Positions 40,301-53,530 of a DNA stretch of 64,000 nt are shown here, one piece after another. Both the position numbers and the translations under genes were made by a program. Position 1 is the stretch's first letter. The number at the start of each line of letters is the position of its first letter. The stretch covers positions 12,090,001-12,154,000 of the forward strand of contig OX597820.1 of the NCBI GenBank assembly GCA_951406725.2, read 5' to 3'. This DNA comes from Octopus vulgaris. Taxonomy: Eukaryota. The notes under the pieces were generated by a model. That model worked only from the letters and a program-made list of their open reading frames with translations. It made no database searches and was not told the DNA's origin.

Positions 40301-41289
40301 TTGGGTTTATATATAGTTTGGTAATACTTTACTAAGACTTTTGCTTCCATACATATTTGACTGCCTCTCCCTTTAAAAGGTGAAATAATACAAATAGAAG
40401 TAAAATGCGTCTAAAATGCCATTCCGTGCTTCAGTAACATTATTTCTTAGGATGTCAAACTTTTTGTTTCGCTTTCTTTTGCGATTGCTAAAATAATACT
40501 TCCAAATAAATGCAAATTAACGGCAGCCTTCTCTTTTAGAATTGCTCTCTAGCTTTTGCTAGCAACCCTGGAATGAATACAAATACGAAAAATGTTCTTA
40601 TTCTTTTTCCATTTTAGTGATGAATCTTCATGCTTGTTTGTAGAATACTTAAGTTAGTTTTCACAATCCAAACTGTATACCGTTTCCTAATATAATCAGA
40701 ATATGCAGCATGTCTATATAATATTTATGTATGAAAATATGTGCATTCAAATGTGTATTTAATTATTTACTCTGTCTTTTCTCCAGAAACATCTATTTTT
40801 CAGCTAACAGTATCCACCCCCAAGATACAAAATCGCCATCAATAAGCTTGATCTTCAGTAGCTTTATCGCTAATGTTTATTGGTGACAAGGAACAGCGAT
40901 CAAAACAACAAACAACATTGTAATAATTCCATCTTCATTATTTATTCTAATCTTTAAAAAGGTGCTTTGATTATAAAAGCATTATAAAAGCGGAAGTTTA
41001 GTGTTACCTGTCTTATGTATCACATGTGATACACAGGGGATATTTCCTTGGCGTCAGCGCATCATATAGGATGCACATTGTCAAATGTTTTCAACCACCA
41101 GTGTAACTCGGGACATATGAAAAGAAATTACTTAGATCATAATAAACACTGGCTAACTAAAAGTCAGAAGCCAGGCATGGGCGTTTCGGACAAACTTATG
41201 AAAATACTTTGGATAGGTAAAGGGTTAATTGCGAATATTAAATGAGGTCATCATAAATAAGGATATTACAAGGCTATACAAGCATTAAT

Positions 41290-41698
41290 ATTGGTTCAAA
41301 TTTCGGCGCATGGCCAGCGGTTTTGGGGAATGGGCTAAGTTGATTACATCGATCCCAGTGTTCAAATGGTACTTATTTTATCGATTCCGATGGTGAAAAG
41401 CAAAGTGGACTCAGATGGACTTTGAACTGAGAACGTAAAGACGGACTGAATGCCGCCAAGCATTTTGTCCGGCGTGCTAACGATTCTGTTAATTCGCTGT
41501 CTTATATACAAGCATGAATATTAATACTGATTTCAAATTTTGACACAAGGCTAGCAACTAATACATATTTTATCGACCCCGAAAAGATGAAAGGCAAAGC
41601 TGCCCTCGGCAACATTTGAACTCAGAAAGTGGAGACGGACGAAATGCCGCTAAGCGTTATACCCGGTGTTCTAACGACCCTGCCAGCTCGCCGCCTTA
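41290..41698 (-). mobile_element. Two SINE family B copies
   Basis: Family B module. Confidence 0.8.
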
Positions 41699-42577
41699 TC
41701 ATTAATATTAACATTTTAACTACATTGATATCCTAAAACATAGCAATATTCACCAAAATTATTATAAATATTGTTATAGGAATATCCTTCTACAGGAATG
41801 TCCAACTTAAAAGATTGCAGCATCTCAACATCTAACTCGTATTCTAACTCACGTTCTCACATAATCATGCGATCTTGATCTCCTTCGGAGCATCATGTGG
41901 GTGAATCAGTTTGTCTGTGATTGTAATTTTGCTCCTATGTGTTTTTCCTGTGTGTTTCTGTGAATTGTGTGCTCGCACGTATATACAATTTATATGTGTA
42001 CATAACTGAATACTTTTCTCTGTTATTTTCAGCAAAATCCATATGCATATATGGTAATTCTATGAGATTCGATATCTTCACAACGTTTAATAGCAGGAAT
42101 GTCAACAGTGGGCAGGTGATATTTGCATTGAAGGTTTAAGGTTGATCTTGATATTTTCTTATCAACAAACGTTGATTGTAAAGGGGTAGCTATATCCCCT
42201 TTGTCTCAACTGAAAACCGTTATCGTTCGCTTGCAGGTAGGAGTAAGTTCAGTATTACCAGAACGATGACCTTCCCTTTTGTTGGTAACCTCCTTCTTAC
42301 TATCACTACTATCATCACTACTAGCATCTTTCCCATCACCAACATCATAAACAGAACAACAGACGATACTAATCCCCAACAAACTATCACCCGAATCTTG
42401 CACTGTCTAAACTGTTAATTACACCAGAAGATAATGTTATACCGCCTTCATTTTCCTCAACATCACCAGTGATCATCAACATAGATGAAAGGACCATAAA
42501 GTTACGAAATACCTTCTGTAATTAAAATCAGCAGTGAATATTAAATATAACGAAAATTGCTGTTACTGATTCTTAGT

Positions 42578-42935
42578 GGATGGAAGCACTCCGTCGGTTA
42601 CGACGATGAGGGTTCCGGTTGATCCGAATCAACGGAACAGCCTGCTCGTGAAATTAACGTGCACCCTTAACGTAGTTCTCGGGGATATTCAGCGTGACAC
42701 AGAGAGTGACAAGGCCGGCCCCTTGAAATACAGGTACAACAGAAACAGGAAGTAAGAGTGAGAGAAAGTTGTGGTGAAAGAGTACAGCAGGGATCACCAC
42801 CATCCCCTACCGGAGCCTCGTGGAGCTTTTAGGTGTTTTCGCTCAATAAACACTCACAACGCCCGGTCTGGGAATCGAAACCACGATCCTATGACCGCGA
42901 GTCTGCTGCCCTAACCACTGGGCCATTGCGCCTCC
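42578..42935 (-). mobile_element. Full-length SINE family C with 13-bp target-site duplication
   Basis: Flanked by actgattcttagt (42565-42577) and actgaatcttagt (42936-42948). Confidence 0.9.
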
Positions 42936-42949
42936 ACTGAATCTTAGTA

Positions 42950-43140
42950 TCCTTTCTACTATAGGCAAAAGGTCTGAAAGGTTTGAAGGATGGGGATAGT
43001 CGATTACTAGTACCTATTTTATCGACCTCAAAGGGACGAAATGTAAAGTCGACCTTGGCGGGATTCGAACTCGGAATGTAAAGACGGATGAAGTGTCGTT
43101 AAGCATTTTGTTAACGATACTACCAGCTCGTTGTTTTACC
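42950..43140 (-). mobile_element. Degenerate SINE family B
   Basis: ttttatcgacctcaaagggacgaaatgtaaagtcgacc...gaactcggaatgtaaagacgg. Confidence 0.7.
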
Positions 43141-43241
43141 GATCCATAGTATCAGCTGCGCTTTCATACCCTCTTGCTACTTATTTTATCGACTTTAGCA
43201 GGATAAAACGTCGGTGGACCTAAATGCACAAAGCCTAAACT

Positions 43242-43531
43242 TACGAGGGGGTGCTGAAAAGTTTTTCGCTATTATATAAGGGAAGTAACTCTCTAAAAAT
43301 GTCTACGATGAGTCAACGATTTACAAAAAAATTACCATCATTTTTTTCCATTTTTAATGCATTTTTTGCTATTTTTTGGCTATAACTCTCTAAAAATGCT
43401 TACATAGTTATTTCCCTTACAAACCCGAGCAACGCCGGGCGATACTGCTAGTGATGAATAAAATCATAATTAACTGATCCTCTAGTGTTTCCTTTCACAT
43501 CAAGGCAGGAACCTTTCATCACCCCATCGTA
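43242..43531 (+). mobile_element. Mariner-derived MITE interrupted by a Helitron-like segment
   Basis: TA-cgagggggtgctgaaaagt ... acctttcatcaccccatcg-TA; same family as 51380-51588. Confidence 0.7.
43272..43451 (+). mobile_element. Helitron-like 3' end
   Basis: GC hairpin cccgagcaacgccggg about 8 nt before a terminal CTAG (43448-43451), followed by T. Confidence 0.65.
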
Positions 43532-43837
43532 ATATTACGTATGGTACTCTAAGTTTTTTTCATTCAACCACCACATCACTTTCAACATTCCCATTCATCT
43601 TTCTTACTTCCGTTCTGTCACACGCAATATTCCCCTACATGTTCTTCTTCAATATATTTCATTTTCGCTTACTCTTTCCTTACCATTATAATCCCATCCT
43701 TCCAAACCTTTTAAGCATTCTTTTTAACTCACTCCATCATGCAGACCCAGGGAATCAATCTTTACATCTCTCGTACACATACCTTATTCATGTCTGCTTA
43801 CGCACACCAAAGACGTTAAAAAACAAATGCATACATA

Positions 43838-44280
43838 GGCGCAGGAGTGGCTGTGTGGTAAGTAGCTTGCTTACCAACCACATGGTTCCGGGTTCAGTCC
43901 CACTGCGTGGCACCTTGGGCAAGTGTCTTCTGCTATAGCATCGGGCCGACCAATGCCTTGTGAGTGGATTTGGTAGACGGAAACTGAAATAAGCCCGTCG
44001 TATATATGTATATATATATATATATATGTGTGTGTGTTTGTCTGTCTGTGTTGTTTGTCTGTCTGTGTTTGTCTGTCTGTGTTTGTCCCCCTAGTATTGC
44101 TTGACAACCGATGCTGGTGTGTTTATGTCCCCGTCACTTAGCGGTTCGGCAACAAGAGACCGATAAAATAAGTACTGGACTTACAAAGAATAAGTCCTGG
44201 GGTCGAGTTGCTCGATTAAAGGCGGTGCTCCAGCATGGCCGCAGTCAAATGACTGAAACAAGTAAAAGAGTAAAAGAGTA
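43838..44280 (+). mobile_element. Full-length SINE family A (reference copy)
   Basis: tRNA-like head (tggctgtgtgg; ggttcagtccc), CORE-like ccttgggcaagt, internal microsatellite, (AGTAAAAG)n tail. Confidence 0.9.
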
Positions 44281-44899
44281 TACCCAGTTCTCTATTAAGT
44301 ATTTGGAACATACTCTTCAATATTTCTCTAATTCGTATTATTTTCCAACCCTGCTTCTAACTGTCTCTCATTCGTTAATTCTCTTTTCAAGTAAGACTAC
44401 ATATACACGCACATTGATACGCACAAACACACAAATATACGCACACACACGCAGGCACGCGGAAATAGTAACCAGCTGATGTAAGAGGAGTAGAAATTAT
44501 AAATAGAATATCATAAACTGCGTGGCTAACTTACTTATATACAAGGAATTTCCTACTTTCATCGGTACTTTATTTCCCCCATTTACTTCAATATACATTT
44601 ACTAACAGTAAATGACAAAACGAGTGAACAATAGTTAACTTGTGGTACAACTAGAAAACAGATCATATAAAGGAAAAAAACCAAAAAAAAAACACGAAGA
44701 TTGTTTAAATTAGCGTCTGTATAATATAATCAAAGATATTAGCAAACTTATATGCTCACTTGAATACAAATGCTCTTGTCAACACACAAGACAGCTATTA
44801 TGCCCCCCCCCCGCCTCACAAAAAACCCCACCACATGGACTCTGTTGAGACCAGTAAGAAACAATTATGAACTTTTTATTACATTCAACTTTTTAAAAT

Positions 44900-44947
44900 A
44901 TTTTTGATAAGGTTCGTTTTTTCAAGAAGAACCGAAACAAGTGAAAT
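44900..44947 (+). ncRNA. Degenerate minimal hammerhead relic
   Basis: attt-TTGATAA-ggttc..gaacc-GAAAC-AA-GTG-aaat; stems I and II intact, core mutated; about 50 bp upstream of (TA)n. Confidence 0.45.
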
Positions 44948-45010
44948 TTCTAAGAAAATTAAAATGTATCTTATATAGTGGCGTTTTCAAACTTCTTTTA
45001 TATATATATA

Positions 45011-45080
<70 letters not shown>

Positions 45081-45348
45081 AAAGATGTCAATTTTCCCTT
45101 TCATAATAGAATTAAGAACATCAAAACAGCACTTTGAAGCGTTAGCATGCGACTTGATCTGAGACTATGTAATAAAACTGAAGGAATTATATCACGGAAG
45201 AGACATTTTAGCCATTTATGAGCATGCACAAACTGATATATTGACATTTGTTTACTTCTTGAAATGTAAAAATTTTCGTCACACTTCTGTGACTTATGCG
45301 TTGAAAATGTTTGACAGCAAGTGACACTTCCACTGAGTCATTTCCCCA

Positions 45349-45386
<38 letters not shown>

Positions 45387-46037
45387 GAGTGCAATTATTG
45401 TAAATGAATAACATATGTCAAGATAATTCTAGAGCGCATAAAAATATTTAGCATGTATACAATACATCATGGATACATTGATTTAAAGCACATGCACACA
45501 GATATACACACGTACACATATATGTACACATACACATAAATGCATATATATATATATACATTTATATATACATACATAAATGCATATAGATATGTATCTA
45601 CATACACACACATATGTGTGCGTGCTCGCGTCTATGACCACACGTTATTAATTTACAGGTTTCAGATAATTTGGACTTTGGCCATAGAAGGGCACCATGT
45701 TTAATGAGTTTTAGTCGATCATATCGACCTAAAACTTATTACAGTCTATTAATTTATCAATCTCAATTTGTCAACTTTTCACGGGGCATTAGCAACAATA
45801 CTGGTTTTGTTGTCACGGCTGTAAACAGAACCGCTTACAAGTTTAGTATTTGTACATACATATATATATAAATGATCATATCGATCATATCAACCTCAGT
45901 GCCTTTTCATTTTTATGTTTTGCTTATCCAGCTGTATTTGTCAAACACTACAGGGCTTAAGCCACAATACTGGCGGTGATGTGACCGGTGTAAACCTAAT
46001 CGCTCACTACTCAATAACACATAAATATTCATGTCAC

Positions 46038-46120
<83 letters not shown>

Positions 46121-46142
46121 GTCGTCGTACACAATATGTATG

Positions 46143-46346
46143 TATATCTGTTGATTGATACAGGTATAGGGGACTTACATTCTAGACATTAAGTTTCTGC
46201 ATCAACAATTCAACGAACGTTGACGTTTTCAGCTTTGCGCGCACGGACTTGCACAGCTGAAGACGTACAACGATCGTTGAATTGTTGACTCATAAATTTA
46301 AAGACCTGAATGTAAATTTGCATGCTTGTATCAATCAATAAATATA
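46143..46346. repeat. ~200-bp imperfect foldback (MITE-like)
   Basis: Paired blocks ttgattgataca/tgtatcaatcaa, ttacattc/gaatgtaa, tcaacaattcaacga/tcgttgaattgttga, acgttttcagct/agctgaagacgt. Confidence 0.85.
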
Positions 46347-46394
46347 GTCTTCTATTTCTTTTCCAACGATATTGAGGTTTACCTCTTTTGTCAT

Positions 46395-46431
<37 letters not shown>

Positions 46432-46489
46432 GAATGTACACACACACGCGCGTGCGCACACATACGCATGCACGCACACACACACGCAT

Positions 46490-46520
<31 letters not shown>

Positions 46521-47428
46521 TCAGTATCTTCAGCAGTCTGGAAAACGTAGCGAACTGAGTTGGCCAAGGGATTCTATTTTCGTGTCAGCAAAAACCTTCC
46601 TAATCTTGGATTGTCAGGGTGTTTTTTCTTTTACCCTAGAGCCCCCCTTTTTTTTGCAATGAAATGTCTTTTTTTGCAATGAATTGTCTTTTTTTGCGAT
46701 GAATAGACTCGCCATTCGAACCTCCAACCTTCTTCATGATATGACATTTTGTGTGGCAACATCATTATGCGGATTTCCACTAAGCCAACCAACTAATGGA
46801 TCAAATAGTTGCCAAGTTTATTATAATCAAATGTGCTTCAAATTCCTAGTTATTGTCGCTGTATATGCTGGTCCGAAGAAGCAAAGTCTCGATGTCAGAA
46901 AGAGTGTTAATCTCTCTCTTAGCTCTAAGATCCTCCAGTGCTGACAGCACACCATGCAGTGAGCCTTCTTCAACCATCCCGATTGCTCACTTTCCTCCTG
47001 GCTCCACTCGAGCCACCCACGAATTTCTATCATATCGTCTTTATTGTTATTCCCCTCGGTCTTTTTCCATAACGTATCTATCCTTCAGAAAGCGAAGCTA
47101 ATGGCTGATAAACCATACTCTATGGGGTGCAAAATCAAGTAGACTGATTTAATAAAATGTAAATTCAACAGGCACAATAAACATTTCTTGGGAAATTTTG
47201 GGATGGTGTGGGAGAATTGGTTGAGAGAAATTTGATTTAAAACCTTTTGTAAAAATAATGGCTACATCCGGATTCATACATTAACTAGGAAATAGACTCA
47301 TTTATCTTGTCCTTGCCCACACAGTAGTCACACCAAATATCTATTTGTAGTATAATCAGTTATCATTTGTTTTTTCCCATCCTAAACAAATACTAACATA
47401 TTTTAAATATTAACATGTTTCTTTTAGG

Positions 47429-47487
<59 letters not shown>

Positions 47488-47489
<2 letters not shown>

Positions 47490-48552
47490 CAAGTTCTACA
47501 TGAAGAGGATTAAAGGTGGACGTGGGCTGATTAGCGTACGGGAGTGCATCAAGAGTGAAAGGAGAAACATGGCAGAATATTTGGTAAACAGCAAACAAGA
47601 CCTGCTGCAGTATGCTGCTGATGCAGAAGGAGTTAACAAAAATGAATTTGAGAGTGCTCATGAATTCCGATCAAGACAGCCAACGAGAGAGAAGAAACCC
47701 TACTCCGCGTGGAATTACATGGTCAGTTCCACCGTGAAACCAACAGGAAGCCTCGTGGAGGTGGCTTAACAAGGGTCACCTAAAAAAGAATACTGGAAAC
47801 CTAATCATCGCTGCCCAGGACCAGGCATTGAATACCAACTCAGTGTAAAACAATATGTATCACATAAGTGCAACGGACCTTTGCAGAATGTGTGGGAAGG
47901 TGTCGAAAGCGTGACTCCCATTGTTTGCACTTGTGAAAGTCTTGCACAGAAAGAGAACAAGCGTAGACACGATAAGGTAGGCTAAACCACCACTGGCTAC
48001 AATACTGTAAATATGGACATGAGGTTACGGGTACTTGGTGCCAACATACACCGGAAAAGGTGACGGAAAAGGGAAGGCAAAAATCCTCTGGGACTTTGAC
48101 TTCCAGACAGACAAGGTATTAGAGCACCGAAGACTGGATACAGTAACCGTTAGGAGGGACAAACAAGAGTGACTTATAATCGACGTGGCAGTGCTAGGAG
48201 ATCAACATATCATCATGAAAGAAAGAGAAAAGGTTAATAAACATGGAGAGCTGAGAATCGGAATCGCTAAAATGTGGTAGCTACGAGAGTCAAACATAAA
48301 GGTTATCTCTATTGTTATCGGAGCATTGGGTTCAATACCACCCAATATGAAAAAACACACCTGAAAACTTTAGTAATACTCTACAATCTAGGTGTATTGC
48401 AAAAATCGGCATTACTTGGAATTGCACGCACATTGCGTAAAGTACTGTCTGCTTGAGTTCCTTGTTGTGAATTGACAAACAGTACAAATCCCGGCAGACA
48501 CGATATCTTCAATCAACAACCTCACAATACTGTATACTGTGCAACGTCTATG
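47488..48552 (+). mobile_element. 5'-truncated R4/Dong-like LINE (restriction-like endonuclease) inserted in (TAA)n
   Basis: Frameshifted motifs KGGRGL, LHGQF, IIAAQDQAL, CRMC, RHDKV, KILWDF..QTD, IIDVAV, VIGALG and QKSALLG.AR.LRKVL*; (TAA)n on both sides. Confidence 0.85.
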
Positions 48553-49054
48553 ATAATAATAATAATAATAATAATAATAGTTGTTGGATAAAATGGTAAA
48601 AGATCCTGAAATAAATTTACGCCAACAATTAATTTGTGCACCTTCTGATAAAAACATTTGCTATCTTAGGTAGTAGGGTTTGGTATCACATGACATCATT
48701 TCAAATGCAAAACACCAAATATTGGTACTTTTCCTGTTTTTACTTTTGCCCCTGATAAATACCATTAAGTGCAATGAAATTTTGTATGGTCGCTGACTAA
48801 CTTGCGCCAACGGTTGAAGCCAGAAAATACTGAACAATTTCATTTGCATTGCTTATTTCAATATATCTTTGTTGACAAATTTTGTCAGTTTTCACGTACC
48901 ATATGTAAACTCTCGGTATGTTAGAAGCTTATTTTGTTAAACGGTTCTAACATCTTTCTTTTTCTATTTTCCTTAAGCTTATATAAAGAGTTTCAGATAG
49001 TATGTTAGAATTGCTTCATTGAAGGTTCCCTGGTATCAGCATTTATCTTTATCA

Positions 49055-49930
49055 TTTATCTTTTACTTGTTTCAGTCATTTGACTGCGGCCATGCTGCGA
49101 CACCGTCTTGAATGGTTTTAGTCGAATGTATCGATCCCAGTACTTATTTATTTTGAAGCCTTGTACTTACTCTATTGGTCTCTTTTGTCGAATGGCTAAT
49201 TTTCAGGAACGCAAATACACCAACACCAGTTATCAAGCAGTAGGGGGGGGGTGGCACAGACACATAGACACAGACACACACTCACACACACACGCTCGTC
49301 TACTAACTCTACTCACAATGTTTTGGTCGGTTTTAGGCTATAGTAGAAAACACTTGCCTTAGATGCCACGCAGTGCGATTGAACTCAAAACCATCTGACT
49401 CGGAAGCAAGTTTCTCACCATACAACCATGCCTGCGTCTAAAAAGGATTTTTAGCTACATTATAAATCTTGGTGAAGTGTATTTTTTTATGAACAGAAAT
49501 CTTGAATGAATGGGCACCAAAGGAGCCTAGACTGCTACTCAATTTCTAACCTGCTTCAAAGCAGCTAAATGTTCATATGGTTTTTGAAGTTACTAAATGC
49601 CTCTAAAGAGTTTTGGTCATTTCCCAATTCATAAGCCATGCAAGGGTTAATGAACTGATGAGTGATTTTAAAGAAGTCCACAATTATCCTTGAACGGTTC
49701 GCATGTAAACTGGGGCTTCTCTGAAAAGCGTGAACAAAATCTTTTGCTGGAGAATTCAAGTGCAACATCACTAATAAGCACAATGACACACCCACCCACA
49801 CACACATGCCCATATATACGACAGGATTCTTTGAGTTTCCGTCTATCAACTCTACTTAAAATACTTTGGTCGGCCTCAGGCTATAGTAGAAGACACTCGT
49901 CTTAGGTGCCACGCAGTGGGACTGAACACG
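49055..49930 (-). mobile_element. Degenerate SINE family A copies (49055-49440; 49790-49930)
   Basis: Homology to the family A head and tail. Confidence 0.75.
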
Positions 49931-50580
49931 ATAAAACAGCTATAGAATGTACAGGATGAGACATTATGAAAATATGAAAGCCATGTGAGGAATGTTGAAA
50001 AAGTCGCAAATGATATAAAAAGATATTTGATGATAATCCCACGTTATCTTTGTTCCTTTTAAAACTTGTAGGCACAGATGGCAGGAAACATCCAAAGTTA
50101 TATTAATATTTCTCGAATTAATGGAAGAGTTGAAAGAGTTTTTTGTGCAATATTAAGAAGAATGTTTCGTCCTAGAGGTGAGCGTTTCCTTCTGCAGAAA
50201 AGCTCCAAGTCCTAAATATTTTCAGTATATTTTCGAATCTTCATTAAGTAAGTCTTGATTTTTGATATTTTAATTTCCTTTCTTTGATCTTAGTCTTTGA
50301 TATCGTTATGTTTGTGACGTCGGATGCATTCTGATTACACTGACTACGCTGTTAACACCATAATAGTGATGACTGTGTCATTCTTATTATATACGAGTTC
50401 ATTCTCTCTTGTGATCAACTAAAGCAAATATATAAGCGTCCGATGAAAATGTCTGGGGATTTTGTCATCTGGAATTTTATCCTCAGCATGCTGAAAACCC
50501 TGTGATACACACATGTATGTGCACTTGTGCGTATGCGCGTATATATATATATATATATATATATACACAAACATATATAT

Positions 50581-50718
50581 GTTTCTGACGAAGTGCTCCG
50601 CTCGAAACGTTAATTCCTCCTTCTTTCTTTCCTTTCCTGAGCATCCAATAACATTATACTTGTTCCACGTCCCTCGCGTTCTTGTGTTTTCTCTTTGTGT
50701 TTTCATGTTTGGATTAAC

Positions 50719-50722
<4 letters not shown>
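50581..50722 (+). mobile_element. Short (TA)n-embedded element starting with a minimal hammerhead (50581-50614)
   Basis: gttt-CTGACGA-agtgctccgctc-GAAACGTT-aatt; loopless stem III palindrome ACGT. Confidence 0.6.
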
Positions 50723-50763
<41 letters not shown>

Positions 50764-51379
50764 GCATACATACATACATAGTGTACATTTAAACACATAA
50801 GAGGCATCGTTCATAGGACTCCTTTACCCTTTGATATATATATATTGCTCATTATAACGATTTGGGATTACGGAAAATTTAAGGTCTACTTTGTTTTAAA
50901 TATATACACCTCTCAATGGGAAAAATATTCGGAATATACATTGATATTTTATCTTGTTAGAGCAGTTAAATTAGTGTCACTAATTTCCTTTATAATGCAT
51001 CTGATAATAGTAATGATTATTTAATTCATTCACTTTTGATTCTCAGGTCGCATACTGTATAAATAGTTATAACCTTATAATCTCTTATCGGATAAAAGCT
51101 GCGTATCCTTTCTTTGATACCATAAGATAAATTAATAATTAATGAGATTGATTCTGATTTTTCAAACTACGTATGTATAATACTATTGTGGAAATTACTT
51201 TGTTTACTTTTAACATCGAGTTCAAAATATTTGTTTTATCTTTTAAATGTGTATCGTTTGGAATTATTCAAATTATTCATAGTGCACTATAACTAAATAA
51301 ATTATCTACATTTTTGACATATGTACTGTTATGCAAACTAGGTAGGCTACAATAGCTGATCCTTACTTTGCATTATAAA

Positions 51380-51588
51380 TACGAAGGGGTTTTGAAAAGT
51401 TCCTGGCTTTAAGGGTGTCACGAAAGGCCTAGTTGGAGGCCCAACCTTACAGGGTTTAGAAAAACTGAAGGGCCGCTTCAATAAGTGTGTGAAAATGAGA
51501 GGGAAATATGTTGAATAAAATCAAAATTAACAGACCATTTCATAATTGCTTTTATCCCAAACCTGTAACTTTTCAGCACATCCGCGTA
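51380..51588 (+). mobile_element. Mariner-derived MITE
   Basis: TIRs tacgaaggggttttgaaaagttcc / aacttttcagcacatccgcgta; internal GLEKLKGRFNKCVKMRGKYVE* matches a mariner C-terminus. Confidence 0.8.
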
Positions 51589-51754
51589 ACTATAAACTAC
51601 AAATCTTTCCATTAGCAGATTGAAATTTCATTTTTTTCTTTCTTGAATTAGTCAGTCTGACCTCAGTATTTCTGCTCACGGGCATATGAAAACATCGTAA
51701 TAACCACTTTGTTCATTTTTCAGATTTCATATTTGTTTATTTTGAATATGTTTA

Positions 51755-52135
51755 TAGGCGAAGAGATGTTCTTGTGGTTAAGAAGTTCACTTCGTTACCA
51801 CGTGGTTTCGGGCTAAGTTTCTCTGTGCAGCACATTGGGAAATTATACAATTGTTCGTGGCCGATGAATGACGTTTGAATAAATTTAGTAGATAGAAACT
51901 GTAGAGAAGCTGGTCATGTATGGGCGCGTGTGTGTGTGTGTGTGAGAGTGTGTCTTTGTGGTTATACTCGCTGCATGACATCTGATGTTGGGATGTTTTC
52001 GTTCTCGTAAAAGAAAAGAATGACAGGATAACTACTAAACTTATAATGCCAGAGTTGATTTATTCGATTTACCTTTCAAGATGGTGCCTCATTATGGCCG
52101 CTGTCCAATGACCCAAACAAATTAAAAGAAAAAAA
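51755..52135 (+). mobile_element. Old SINE family A copy
   Basis: Degenerate head and tail. Confidence 0.6.
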
Positions 52136-52639
52136 ATACACACATACATACATACATACATACATATTTTAGGAATATGTCAAGGTTTCGCTATGAAGCT
52201 GAAGTACATCCAGTGGGACAATAAATTAGGTTTTTTCGTCAAATAATTGACTTATACCGGGATAAAACGCTGTTCCTAGAAACTAGTTGCCTTCTGAGAG
52301 AAACAAACAGAACCTTCTTCAGCTGGAAGACAAAAGTCATGTAACCCACTATTGCAAAGCTATAAACCACAAGGTGACGACAGATTTAAGTTAAAATCCC
52401 CAAATCCAAATCTCTGAGTTATGAATGGAATAACTACAGCAAAGTGCTTCTCTAATGACAAGTATTTTGATAAAGACAATGTCCACTTAGAGTTATAATT
52501 TTTAATTTTTAAATACTATCACAATGCATTAGAAATTCCCTAAAACTGCCAAAGTCAATCAAAGAATTTGGTCCTAGAATGATAGCAATTAACAGAGAAA
52601 TTAACATTATGTAGACTGAGAAAAGAAAAAGGAAACAGT

Positions 52640-53530
52640 ATTGGCACAAGGCCAGTAATCTCGGGTGGAGGGGTTTAAGTCAATTTCATCGACCCCAGTG
52701 ATCAAAAAGTACTTACTTTATCGATCCCGAAAGGGATGGAAGGCAAAGTCGACCTTAGCGGAATTCGAACTCGGACGTATAAAATAAATACATACACGTG
52801 CGTGTGCATGTATACAAAATACATACACACACATATAAATGTATGTATGTGAGTATAGGTATTCATGTATAAAGCGATATTTCTGGTTATTTTTCCGGGT
52901 GTTGTTGTAAATATTTGTTCTTAAATATAACTGCCCAATAATTCTTAACAAAACTTACCTTCCATATATACCTAACTATTTACATAGGTAATATATCTGG
53001 TCAGTACCTATTTCTTTACTACCCACAAGGGGCTAAAAACAGAGAGGACAAACAAGGACAGACAAACGGATTAAGTCGATTATATCGACCCCAGTGCGTA
53101 ACTGGTACTTATTTAATCGACCCCGAAAGGATGAAAGGCAAAGTTGACCTCGGCGGAATTTGAACCCAGAACGTAACGGCAGACGAAGTACTGCTAAGCA
53201 TTTCGCCCGGCGTGCTAACGATTCTGCCATCTCGCCGCCTTATATTTGGTCAGTAACAATAGCAGCAACACAATCACATGTAGTACATTTCATCTCAATA
53301 TTACAAATCAGTTGGGCGGTGAGCTAGCCGAGTCCGTTAGCAGGCCGAGCAAAATACTTAACGGGATTTCGTCCGTCTTTACATTCGTAGTTCAAATTCC
53401 GCTGAGGTCGACTTTGCTTTCCATCTTTTCGGTTTCGATAAAATAAGCACCAGTTGAACACTGGAGTTAATGTAATCAAGTTACACCCTCCGCCGAATAT
53501 TTTGGCCATGTGCCAAGATTTGAAACGAAT
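52640..53530. mobile_element. SINE family B copies (52640-52780 -, 53010-53242 -, 53315-53530 +)
   Basis: 53010-53242 is the reference copy, with head ggcggcgagatggcagaatcgttagc on the minus strand. Confidence 0.85.

Noticed and set aside
46827-47033. 68-aa ORF with a WLEW..HCMVC pattern (possible transposase zinc finger)
   Set aside because: Too short to assign without a search.
52285-52330. Hammerhead-like CTGAAGA on the minus strand
   Set aside because: GAAA core absent (GCAA) and stem I weak.
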